From: Antedon mediterranea | Taxonomy: Eukaryota > Animalia > Echinodermata | Assembly (NCBI RefSeq): GCF_964355755.1 | Contig: NC_092672.1 | Location: 9,114,001-9,178,000 of the forward strand | Direction of reading: 5' to 3' | Length of the DNA stretch: 64,000 bases | Shown: piece after piece, positions 54,201 to 64,000 of the stretch | How the letters are laid out: the number at the start of each line of letters is the position of its first letter | Position numbering within the stretch: position 1 is the first letter of the stretch | The notes under the pieces: generated by a model | The model's database searches: none | What the model was told of the DNA's origin: nothing | The model's input: the letters and a program-made list of their open reading frames with translations, nothing else | Program-made: the position numbers and the translations under genes

Positions 54201-56593
54201 TATTGTTGTTGCCACTGATGTTGCTGCTGTTGTTCTTGTTGCTATTGTTGTTGCCACTGATGTTGCTGCTGTTGTTCTTGTTGCTATTGTTGTTGCCACT
54301 GATGTTGCTGCTGTTGTTCTTGTTGCTATTGTTGTTGCCACTGATGTTGCTGCTGTTGTTCTTGTTGCTATTGTTGTTGCCACTGATGTTGCTGCTGTTG
54401 TTCTTGTTGCTATTGTTGTTGCCACTGATGTTGCTGCTGTTGTTCTTGTTGCTATTGTTGTTGCCACTGATGTTGCTGCTGTTGTTCTTGTTGCTATTGT
54501 TGTTGCCACTGATGTTGCTGCTGTTGTTCTTGTTGCTATTGTTGTTGCCACTGATGTTTCTGCTGTTGTTCTTGTTGCTATTGTTGTTGCCACTGATGTT
54601 TCTGCTGTTGTTCTTGTTGCTATTGTTGTTGCCACTGATGTTGCTGCTGTTGTTCTTGTTGCTATTGTTGTTGCCACTGATGTTTCTGCTGTTGTTCTTG
54701 TTGCTATTGTTGTTGCCACTGATGTTTCTGCTGTTGTTCTTGTTGCTATTGTTGTTGCCACTGCCACTGATGTTGCTGCTGTTGTTCTTGTTGCTATTGT
54801 TGTTGCCACTGATGTTGCTGCTGTTGTTCTTGTTGCTATTGTTGTTGCCACTGATGTTTCTGCTGTTTTTCTTGTTGCTATTGTTGTTGCCACTGATGTT
54901 GCTGCTGTTGTTCTTGTTGCTATTGTTGTTGCCACTGATGTTGCTGCTGTTGTTCTTGTTGCTATTGTTGTTGCCACTGATGTTGCTGCTGTTGTTCTTG
55001 TTGCTATTGTTGTTGCCACTGATGTTGCTGCTGTTGTTCTTGTTGCTATTGTTGTTGCCACTGATGTTGCTGCTGTTGTTCTTGTTGCTATTGTTGTTGC
55101 CACTGATGTTGCTGCTGTTGTTCTTGTTGCTATTGTTGTTGCCACTGATGTTGCTGCTGTTGTTCTTGTTGCTATTGTTGTTGCCACTGATGTTGCTGCT
55201 GTTGTTCTTGTTGCTATTGTTGTTGCCACTGATGTTGCTGCTGTTGTACGTTCTTGTTGCTATTGTTGTTGCCACTGATGTTGCTGCTGTTGTTCTTGTT
55301 GCTATTGTTGTTGCCACTGATGTTGCTGCTGTTGTTCTTGTTGCTATTGTTGTTGCCACTGATGTTGCTGCTGTTGTTCTTGTTGCTATTGTTGTTGCCA
55401 CTGATGTTGCTGCTGTTGTTCTTGTTGCTATTGTTGTTGCCACTGATGTTGCTGCTGTTGTTCTTGTTGCTATTGTTGTTGCCACTGATGTTGCTGCTGT
55501 TGTTCTTGTTGATATTGTTGTTGCCACTGATGTTGCTGCTGTTGTTCTTGTTGCTATTGTTGTTGCCACTGATGTTGCTGCTGTTGTTCTTGTTGCTATT
55601 GTTGTTGCCACTGATGTTGCTGCTGTTGTTCTTGTTGCTATTGTTGTTGCCACTGATGTTGCTGCTGTTGTTCTTGTTGATATTGTTGTTGCCACTGATG
55701 TTGCTGCTGTTGTTCTTGTTGATATTGTTGTTGCCACTGATGTTGCTGCTGTTGTTCTTGTTGATATTGTTGTTGCCACTGATGTTGCTGCTGTTGTTCT
55801 TGTTGCTATTGTTGTTGCCACTGATGTTGCTGCTGTTGTTCTTGTTGCTATTGTTGTTGCCACTGATGTTGCTGCTGTTGTTCTTGTTGCTATTGTTGTT
55901 GCCACTGATGTTGCTGCTGTTGTTCTTGTTGCTATTGTTGTTGCCACTGATGTTGCTGCTGTTGTTCTTGTTGCTATTGTTGTTGCCACTGATGTTGCTG
56001 CTGTTGTTCTTGTTGCTATTGTTGTTGCCACTGCCACTGATGTTGCTGCTGTTGTTCTTGTTGATATTGTTGTTGCCACTGATGTTGCTGCTGTTGTTCT
56101 TGTTGCTATTGTTGTTGCCACTGATGTTGCTGCTGTTGTTCTTGTTGCTATTGTTGTTGCCACTGATGTTGCTGCTGTTGTTCTTGTTGCTATTGTTGTT
56201 GCCACTGATGTTGCTGCTGTTGTTCTTGTTGCTATTGTTGTTGCCACTGATGTTGCTGCTGTTGTTCTTGTTGATATTGTTGTTGCCACTGATGTTGCTG
56301 CTGTTGTTCTTGTTGATATTGTTGTTGCCACTGATGTTGCTGCTGTTGTTCTTGTTGCTATTGTTGTTGCCACTGATGTTGCTGCTGTTGTTCTTGTTGC
56401 TATTGTTGTTGCCACTGATGTTGCTGCTGTTGTTCTTGTTGCTATTGTTGTTGCCACTGATGTTGCTGCTGTTGTTCTTGTTGCTATTGTTGTTGCCATT
56501 GATGTTGCTGCTGCTGTTGGTGAAGCTGCTGTTGTTTTTGTCGCTGTTGCTGCTATTGTTAATATCGTCTCTGATGATGTTACACTGTTGCTT

Positions 56594-56634
<41 letters not shown>

Positions 56635-57041
56635 GGTGGTGGTTGTGGTGGTGCAGCAGTTGTTGGTGGTGGTGGTGGTGGTGCAGCAGCTGTTGTTGGT
56701 GGTGGTGCAGCAGTTGTTGGTGGTGGTGGTGGTGCAGCAGTTGTTGTTGGTGGTGGTGGTGCAGCAGCTGTTGTTTCTGCTGTTGTTACCGTTGTTTCTA
56801 TTGTTACTTTTTGCTCTTGTTGCTGCTGCTATTGTTGCTATCTTTGCTGCTAATGTTACTGTTGTTTTTGTTGTTGTTGTTGTTGTTGTTGTTGCTGTTG
56901 TTGTTGGTGGTGGTGGTGGTGATGGTTGTGGTGCAGCAGCTATTGTTTCTGCTGTTGTTGCCATTGTTTCTATTTTTACTTTTGCTCTTGTTGCTGCTGC
57001 TGATGTTACTGTTGTTTTTGTTGTTTTCGTTGTTGTTGTTG

Positions 57042-57073
<32 letters not shown>

Positions 57074-60000
57074 GGTGGTGGTGCAGCAGCTGTTGTTTCT
57101 GCTGTTGTTGCCGTTGTTTATATTGTTACTTTGCTCTTGTTTCTGCTGTTGCTTGCTTTGCTGCTGATGTTACTGTTGTTTTTGTGTGGTGGTGCAGCAG
57201 CTGTTGTTTCTGGTGCTGTTGCCGTCGTTCCTGTTGTTACTTTTGCTGATGTTGCATCTGCTGTTGCTGCTGTTATAATATCATGACATGGCCTTATCAC
57301 ATCCAAGTATAATACAGGTGGAAAATGGAAAAATAATAATAATACACTATTACAAGTTTTATTTCGAATTATTCTTTTTATTTGTATAGTTCTTATCGAC
57401 TCTTACCTCGATAATGGGGCTGAGAAATCGCTTTCCAGTTACATTTTGAAGTCGCCTGGTGTAACAGCCTGGGATTGTCTTGACCTCTGCCGTGGTTTGG
57501 ATTACAAATATGCTGGTGTTAATAACAAACACACTGAGTGTTATTGTGGTGACAGTGGTTATGATTCTGGTGGCACTGCAACTTACACGCAACGTGTTGA
57601 ATCCGACGTAACACTTATGATGAACACAGGTTAGCCATATGAATGTTTTGAATTGTTTTGGTTGTCATCAATTGACTTCAGATAGAGACGGGGAATATTT
57701 TTGGTCCATGTCCCGGAAATTTTGCAAAAGTTGTAGGAAATTAGAAGATTAATTAGTGATTGAGTAGGCCTACAATGCACAGGGTGTATAAATAAGTTTA
57801 TCATGTTGATGACATTAGTAAACTGACCCAGAGCATTATTCATAAACAAAAATCTGATTAAAATATGTGTGCGAACATGTATTTACCAGACATGATGTTA
57901 TTGAGATTTGCCCTAAATCATATGTCCCAATAATACGAGTTGTCTCTAAAGAAGCATATTGTTGATCGAATTACGCGATGTTAGTTTTAGTCTTTAATCT
58001 TAATATTTAACAACAATTATGAGTTTCAATGTAAGCTCACTTGAATTTTTAAAATAGTTTTTTAAATCTAACGATTATTTTATTATTATTAGTGTTAGTG
58101 TTATTGTTATTATTATTATTTGTTTTAGACGCATAGCCGACTATTTAGGTCCATCTGCAACGTTAGATTTTCCACTTACTTGGTACAGTACTTGATAATT
58201 TGCAATAAACTTGTATACAGATGTATTTTAAACATTTCTCTTTCAGTTCAGCCATGGGAATTACATCAAACGATTTCGGACACAAATTTTCCAAAAAAGA
58301 CAGATTCTTTCGAACATGACGGAAATTATTATATAATTGTACAAAGCACGGAAAACAGTGAAGCACGGCCACTACACACTCATGTATATAAATATAGAAA
58401 ATCAACCGAGCTTTTTGAACCACACCAGTTAATAGATAGCCCATATAAATTCAACACGTTTACATTAGTACAGGTAAAATTTCACATTTCTCACATTATT
58501 CATAATACAATAACACAAGTCCGTTTATACTACGCAAGATAAATAACGACGATAAACAGATATAAGCAACCATTTTCAGCAACAAAATAAAAATTTAAAA
58601 ACTTTTCATCCTAGAACTATAGAATAACAATTCATAAGTCCGATAAAATGACGTCATGATCAACAACTAAATCAAACAATTTTATTCGTATTAACGTATG
58701 ACGTAATTTATTTTTAAAATATTATTTTATAGTTTTATTTTTTTTAAACGTTTATTCTATAGTTCTAGGATGACAACTTTCTAAAAATATTTTGTTTTCT
58801 GTAAAAAAATAGAAATGTATATATTTAGCGTTCGTTATCGTTCGTGTCCTAGTGGGAACCAATTGCAGAGAAGGATAACAAATAAAAACATTTTCATTAT
58901 TCTTTCTAATACCTGCTAAAAGTTTTCTGTAGACATTTTTAGTCGCGTGGAAGCGACTCTATAGTTCACTATGTCGGTCGGTCGGTCTGTCTGTCGGTCC
59001 GGTATCACTATGCGTTTTATCGCTTTATGACCTTATCTTGATATCAGTTTAATCTAGCTAAGTCAATTTTTCACAGAATATTCCTTATTGCCAGGAATCG
59101 ATGTGGTTATGTTTTCACGGTGCGCAATAAAAAATTACGCGGTCTACGCACGATTTAACGAAATCACGTTTGTAATCATATCTTAACAACCATGAATCAC
59201 AATTAAATAAAATTTGGTACTCATAAATTTCAGGGCATAAATCATCATATGGCAATACAATTACGTGCGTAGCGCATGTAACGCATGCGTACGCGCGCTT
59301 AAAATTTTCAAAATTTATTTTCGATGAAATAAGAGTACGTTTCAGGCAATTTTAAGCGTTTACAAAATTGCCATGAGTGCGCAGATTTTTGCGTTAAATG
59401 TTATTGCGCACTCATTTTGCCCGATTTCTGTTTTCTTGACTTACTTTTCAACTCGAAATTACGTTATACGAGCACGTCAAAAGTGACAGGCTACGCACAT
59501 GTAAATTAAAAAAATATAAATGTTTTTAAACATTTCAACATTTTTAAACATGTTCAGTAATTTCGGTCAGTATAGTTCACTATGTCGGTCGGTCCGTCTG
59601 TCTGTCGGTCTGTCTGTCTGTCGGTCTGTTTGTCTGTCGGTCCGGTATCACTATGCATTGTAGCACGCGACTTAATGGCTGTTGGCATTGTTTAAGGTAA
59701 TCGTAATATTTTACCCAATTCTCATACCACAATATTTATATTACAGTAATTATCATAAGCATATTCGTTAATACAGCATCGGTCATGTGTGGTGCTTGTA
59801 TTATGTGATGCTACATTACGGAATTTTCCCATGATAATACTGCAGAAATCCAACGAAGAAATCTGCCGCAGAGTTCCCAAAATAATTACTCCATGAAATT
59901 ATCACATCCTATATTTTCCTGGAAAATTTCATGGAAAATGACCCTGTTCCTTAGATATTTATCTATTTCCTCGAATGTATGTCAAATACTGTACAATACA

Positions 60001-61521
60001 GAGATATAAAAGGCAAAGGAAACACCGAACATATGGTCATCACCTATTTATTATTATATAACACCTATATAAATTCCTGTCATTTGATTGGACGAATGTG
60101 GGTCACATGGCGTGCAATAGTACGCACTATTCAACGATCGTTAAATAGTACTTTTTGAAACATTTTTGTTTGTTATTTAGATGTTATATAAAACAAATAA
60201 TGAATGTTTTGTATTCGTTTAATGGTACAAATAATGGCACTTGGTGAATGATGAAAGGTTATATCAACTCGGCTTTGCCTCGTTGATATAACCTTTCATC
60301 ATTCACCTCGTGCCATTATTTGTACCATTGCACTCATAAACATTCATTATTTGTATAATATTGCTGGATAATATTACTTAATAATATGAACGCATGGTGT
60401 ATTTTTAGTCGCGTGGAAGCGACTCTATAGTTCACTATGTCGGTCGGTCGGTCTGTCTGTCGGTCTGTCTGTCGGTCTGTCTGTCGGTCTGTCTGTCTGT
60501 CTGTCGGTCCGGTATCACTATGCGTTTTATCGCTTTATGACCTTATCTTGATATCAGTTTACTCTAGCTAAGTCAATTTTTCACAGAATATTCCTTATGG
60601 CCAGGAATCGATGTGGTTATGTTTTCACGGTGCGCAATAAAACATTACGCGGTCTACGCACGATTTAACGAAATCACGTTTGTAATCATTATCTTAACAA
60701 CCATGAATCACAATTAAATAAAATTTGGTACTCATAAATTTCAGGGCATAAATCATCATATGGCAATACAATTACGTGCGTAGCGCATGTAATGCATGCG
60801 TACGCGCGCTTAAAATTTTAAAAATTTATTTTCGATGAAATAAGAGTACGTTTCAGGCAATTTTAAGCGTTTACAAAATTGCCATGAGTGCGCAGATTTT
60901 TGCGCGCGCACTGCGCGTTAAATGTTATTGCGCACTGTTTTTGCCCGATTTCTGTTTTCTTGACTTACTTTTCAACTCGAAATTACGTTATACGAGCACG
61001 TCAAAAGTGACAGGCTACGCACGTGTAAATTAAAAAAATATAAATGTTTTTAAACATTTCAACATTTTTAAACATGTTCAGTAATTTCGGTCAGTATAGT
61101 TCACTATGTCGGTCGGTCCGTCTGTCTGTCGGTCTGTCTGTCTGTCTGTCTGTCGGTCTGTTTGTCTGTCGGTCCGGTATCACTATGCATTGTAGCACGC
61201 GACTTTATGGCTGTTGGCCTTGTTAAATTAAAATTTAGAAAGTTAAATTATGATTATTTGCAGGCTTACAGACAATGGTACTTGATATTTCCACCGATAA
61301 AAGATATTTCAACCAATAGTATGAGTGGCCTAAAGGCAGCGTTCTATCGGTTAGAGGGAAATTACTTCATAAAGCATTTTGAGAAGGATACTTGTAGTAG
61401 TTATGGATGGGGCAGCTTTACCGTGAATAATGACGTGTATATCATTGAGGGCAACAGCTATGGGGAACCATGTGATTCGCCTAATTCAAACGGCAATTTG
61501 AAGATATATAAATGGATATGA
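41103..61521 (+). CDS. Array copy 4: SP-PAN-EGF-EPTPx4-strand-Kringle-domainX-WSC-EPTPx3, about 872 aa, with TE-expanded introns
   Basis: Exons 41103-41444, 42446-42572, 42823-42931, 44722-44912, 45559-45731, 46036-46171, 48446-48493, 49915-50169, 52249-52254, 52767-52939, 53230-53393, 53672-53841, 57390-57629, 58247-58473, 61264-61521. Total 2619 nt, open frame. Confidence 0.85.
43222..43266 (-). ncRNA. Mirror copy of the PLE hammerhead motif in the inverted pLTR
   Basis: Reverse complement of 44504-44546. Confidence 0.7.
44504..44546 (+). ncRNA. Minimal type I hammerhead ribozyme motif in the PLE pLTR
   Basis: CTGAAGA a GCTGTCC gatca GGACAGC GAAA ctg TC: core and 7-bp stem II are intact; stem I is weak. 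Confidence 0.7.
46559..46800. mobile_element. Small TIR element with an internal ~86-bp tandem duplication
   Basis: gggtggcgccatt ... aatggcgtcgccc; the unit ggagtagggcgcccgcatcaaattagaaagtc... occurs twice. Confidence 0.5.
47370..48316 (+). mobile_element. HINE-like element with a tandemly amplified 5' unit
   Basis: Subterminal IR aggttatatgcat / atgcatataacct and a 3' hairpin aattcgtca-tatag-tgacgaatt. A ~60-bp 5' unit is repeated about 7 times (47375-47800). Internal 47840-47930 is shared with the element at 58936. Confidence 0.6.
48717..48959. mobile_element. MITE (TIR cctatgcaattaag.cagaaatcatgaataat) nested in another element; relative at 12922-13181
   Basis: ~30-bp TIR. The internal ctaaacctaaccctctaaataatctctc is reverse-complemented at 13055-13082. 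Confidence 0.65.
49199..49517. mobile_element. Interspersed long-hairpin element; inverted copy at 60053-60361, deleted copy at 5730-5840
   Basis: ~70-bp near-perfect palindromic arms around gaggcaaagccga. Confidence 0.7.
50800..51125 (+). mobile_element. tRNA-derived SINE with a Deu/Nin-type central domain
   Basis: A box gtggccgagcgg and B box ggttcgagg. The central cggataaggactataaaccgtaggtcc...gcactttaaagaacc...gagtagggggtcaccccggtgt resembles the Deu domain as recalled. Ends in a (caatt)n-like tail. Confidence 0.75.
51216..51482. repeat. (TA)n tracts at 51216-51290 and 51461-51482; another at 21413-21455
   Basis: Direct inspection. Confidence 0.9.
51420..51456 (-). ncRNA. Minimal hammerhead ribozyme motif
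   Basis: Minus strand reads gca CTGATGA a GGGC tagtgtt GCCC GAAA gc TC tgc: stem I gca/tgc, stem II GGGC/GCCC, and a palindromic AGCT at stem III typical of minimal PLE hammerheads. It lies in a ~170-bp segment between two (TA)n tracts. Confidence 0.75.
51595..51638 (-). ncRNA. Type I hammerhead ribozyme motif
   Basis: Minus strand reads gcac CTGAAGA t TGAGT tcat ACTCA t GAAA CAG c CTG TA gtgc: stems I, II and III are complementary and the cleavage triplet is GUA. Confidence 0.75.
54040..57280. repeat. 42-bp minisatellite (gttgttcttgttgctattgttgttgccactgatgttgctgct)n to ~56510, then GTT/GGT/GCT low-complexity sequence
   Basis: Direct inspection; lies in the intron between domain-X exon 3 and the WSC exon of copy 4. 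Confidence 0.95.
58936..59692 (+). mobile_element. HINE/DINE-1-like non-autonomous Helentron, copy 1
   Basis: Starts tttttagtcgcgtg, ends cacgcgact plus a short stem-loop and tt, with internal (gtcg/gtct)n microsatellites. A near-identical direct copy lies at 60402-61224. Confidence 0.7.
60402..61224 (+). mobile_element. HINE/DINE-1-like non-autonomous Helentron, copy 2
   Basis: Direct repeat of 58936-59692; ends about 40 bp before the last-exon acceptor of copy 4. Confidence 0.7.
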
Positions 61522-63310
61522 CGTCATCACGAACGTGGATTCTAGACTATGATATAATCAACCTAATACATTGGGTAAGAGCAGGGTTAGTTAGAAGTCA
61601 TTAAAACGCAATAATTATTCAAGCTCATGTTTTTGCTTTTCCACATTTTATTTTAGACAATTTTTTCTGAGATACATAAGCTAGATAAATTGTAAGCTAT
61701 ATGTTTCGTATTCGTAACTACTAGTTTACCACTACAATAATAAAAACTTATCTCACCAATGAATATACAGTATACAGATGCACAATATATAAAATGATAA
61801 ATTACAGGTAAAATGCGTTAACAAATTTTATATTAGGAAAAATACACGGGAAAGTAGTTAACCTTTTGATTACAGCAAAACCAAATTAATTCTCGATAAT
61901 TATTGTGGTGAAAACATATGTTGACCTAGTTTGTAAATTCTATTCTAATTCAACGTTATCGTAAATTAATTAATAAAGGAATTTTGAACAAAAATACAAC
62001 AAATCTAGATTATTTCCATATTATATTGCTTACTATAATATAATAGGCCTATTGTATTAGTACCAATACGATGTAGTAACTAATGGTATTTATAACTAAA
62101 TTCCCTTAAAATAGTATTTATGTAATTCGTTAATTTGTAAGCCGATTTTAAAACATTTGAATATAGGTATTGTAAATACATGTGGAAAGACAATTACGTA
62201 TACTACCGGTATAGTGTATTGCTAAGTGGGAAATTCATGAATATTGTAAAGATTGTTTCTTAATCTTAATAAGAACATACACGATTTACGACGACAAATA
62301 CTGGAGGATTTATTCTTGGTTCCCACTAGGACACAACGCAAGGACGTAAAAGCAACGCAAGGACGTAAGCGCAACGCAAGCGTGTTGATCAATTACAAGC
62401 GACAGTTTCAATCCATCGCTTACGTTGCATTATGTCCTTGTGTTGCGTCCCTAGAGGGAACCAAGCAAGTTACCCCATAAGACTCTTAACGACACAATCC
62501 GATAGTTGGTCCTGGTCCTAAGGTCGTCGCATATTAAGCTCACCGTCAAGACTGGTTACACAAAAGGATGAATTTCGTCTTAAAATGTGTTACTACCAGT
62601 ATAAAAGCATTGTGTAATTAAAGTCAGATTATGCCATATTATGTACAATTTTGTTTCAAGGTGTTCATAGTAGTCAAGAAAATAGCCGTCATGTACTAGA
62701 GTTAAGTTAAAAATAATGATCATTATAAAGATTTTCCAAAATACAATATTGATGTCAGCTGTCAGTCTGTAGTTATTTCGAGGCTTTTTGATGTCTGGGA
62801 GTTTACACGTTCAAGTAGTACACGTATGAAACGCCATATGTGCAAAAATATTTATCTTTTCACTATAAGTCAAAACTCCGACTGGAACACATACTAGCCT
62901 GATAGGTCAGCTGGACCCCGCAACCAATGCTAAACAATTGCATCAGCAGTTTACTGTAGCTATGCAGAATTTACTCCTTATAAGTAGGCTAAATCAAATT
63001 CCTAGGTAAAGCAATTCACCTGATTTCAAATGAACTAATCTACTTCCGCCACTATCAAATGCATAAGAATAAATCCGAGATATACATCTCGCCTAAATGG
63101 ATCCATTGTAGTGAGGTTTTTATTAATCCGTGTACAAATACACCATATATAATATATACGGTAAGTTTATTTTATTATGCCTACATTGGAATGTACATTC
63201 CCAAGAGGATGGGCATAGGCCTACTCTCATCTAAGTGCTACATTTTAATTTATCCTGTGTGCAGGATCAATTGCAAGATGCAGACGCCCAAGTAGGCAGG
63301 CTTACAATAC

Positions 63311-63983
63311 TTACGTACGAATAGTAATTAAATACTCCGGGTACAATTGATCTCTTCTGTAATCGCTGCATTTAGCTATTTTATTAGTATACTTGGTTCC
63401 AGCTTCCTTTACCAGCATACGAACACGAAACAGTTGTTGAATATCTGTTGAAGAATGTTGCGATTCTGCCATACACTTAGAAGCGCTTTTTTTAAAACTG
63501 ATCGGTGGTATTTTTGGATGACTGATATCAAAATTTTGTTGGCAGATTGTGGTTACATCCCTCTCTACTGTTGAAAACCAAATAATAATTTCTTTCAAAT
63601 CCCTGTCTTCGAGTTCAGCCCTCATTTGAGTGCGTTTTCTAGAAAGAAATGCAAGTATTATAATATTGGCCTGTACGGTTTAAAAAAAATGTCAACCCGA
63701 GAAATACATCGAAATGCTTACAGATATGCCTCTTTGTACGAGAATCATGATTGTTTGCACTTTAAAGAACTTAGTACATCTTTCGGGACGGATAGGAGGT
63801 TACCCTGGTGTACTACCGTAGCACACACACCATAGAATTGGCAGCACTGACATGACTTGACCCTTATTTGAGAAGAATGTAGTTGAAAAGTCTAAATTCT
63901 TACATACTTGTAAAAGTCTTCCCATAATTCAAAATTGTGAATCCGTTGAACCTTCAAATCTTTCTTTGGAATCGCATCCAGTT
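63311..63983 (-). CDS. 3' end of a gene with a divergent PARP/ADP-ribosyltransferase-like catalytic domain (extends beyond the window)
   Basis: Minus-strand exons 63983-63908 (LDAIPKKDLKVQRIHNFELWEDFYK) and 63638-63311 join in frame across a GT-AG phase-2 intron. The motifs QRIHN-ELW, ICQQNFD, LFRVRMLV and DQLYPEYLI match the order and pattern of the PARP7/11/12-type catalytic domain. Confidence 0.7.
63755..63815 (+). mobile_element. Degenerate fragment of the same SINE central domain
   Basis: gcactttaaagaacttagtacatctttcgggacg...taccctggtgta matches about 50963-51018. Confidence 0.6.
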
Positions 63984-64000
63984 CTTGTTAAATACTATAA

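Noticed and set aside
53953-57286. ORFs of 400-1090 aa on both strands (poly-Leu/Val; Thr/Asn-rich)
   Set aside because: They arise from a stop-free 42-bp repeat inside an intron. They are open in several frames on both strands, and the flanking exons join in frame without them.

Overview
AT-rich, intron-containing animal genomic DNA, probably an invertebrate deuterostome (inferred from a Deu/Nin-type SINE and the domain repertoire). Most of the window is a head-to-tail array of four paralogous + strand genes (2731-14122, 15602-23575, 25057-37609, 41103-61521), reconstructed by hand from GT-AG exons. Each encodes a secreted mosaic protein: signal peptide, PAN/Apple, EGF, 4 EPTP/EAR-like repeats, a 16-aa beta-strand exon, a variable cassette (Kringle, with or without Mucin2 WxxW/CysD, plus 6-nt microexons), an uncharacterised W-x-LVFK domain (domain X), WSC, and 3 more EPTP/EAR-like repeats. 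Copies 1, 3 and 4 splice into open frames of about 870, 953 and 872 aa; copy 2 is a pseudogene. The repeats total seven, suggesting one beta-propeller split around a swappable cassette, and domain X looks circularly permuted. The array is flanked by an FN3 type-I membrane protein gene (411-1193) and the 3' end of a divergent PARP-like gene on the minus strand. Introns hold a Penelope-like element with inverted pLTRs, four hammerhead ribozyme motifs, a tRNA-derived SINE, HINE-like elements, several MITE families, a foldback element and minisatellites. All coordinates and domain calls were made by eye, with no database searches.
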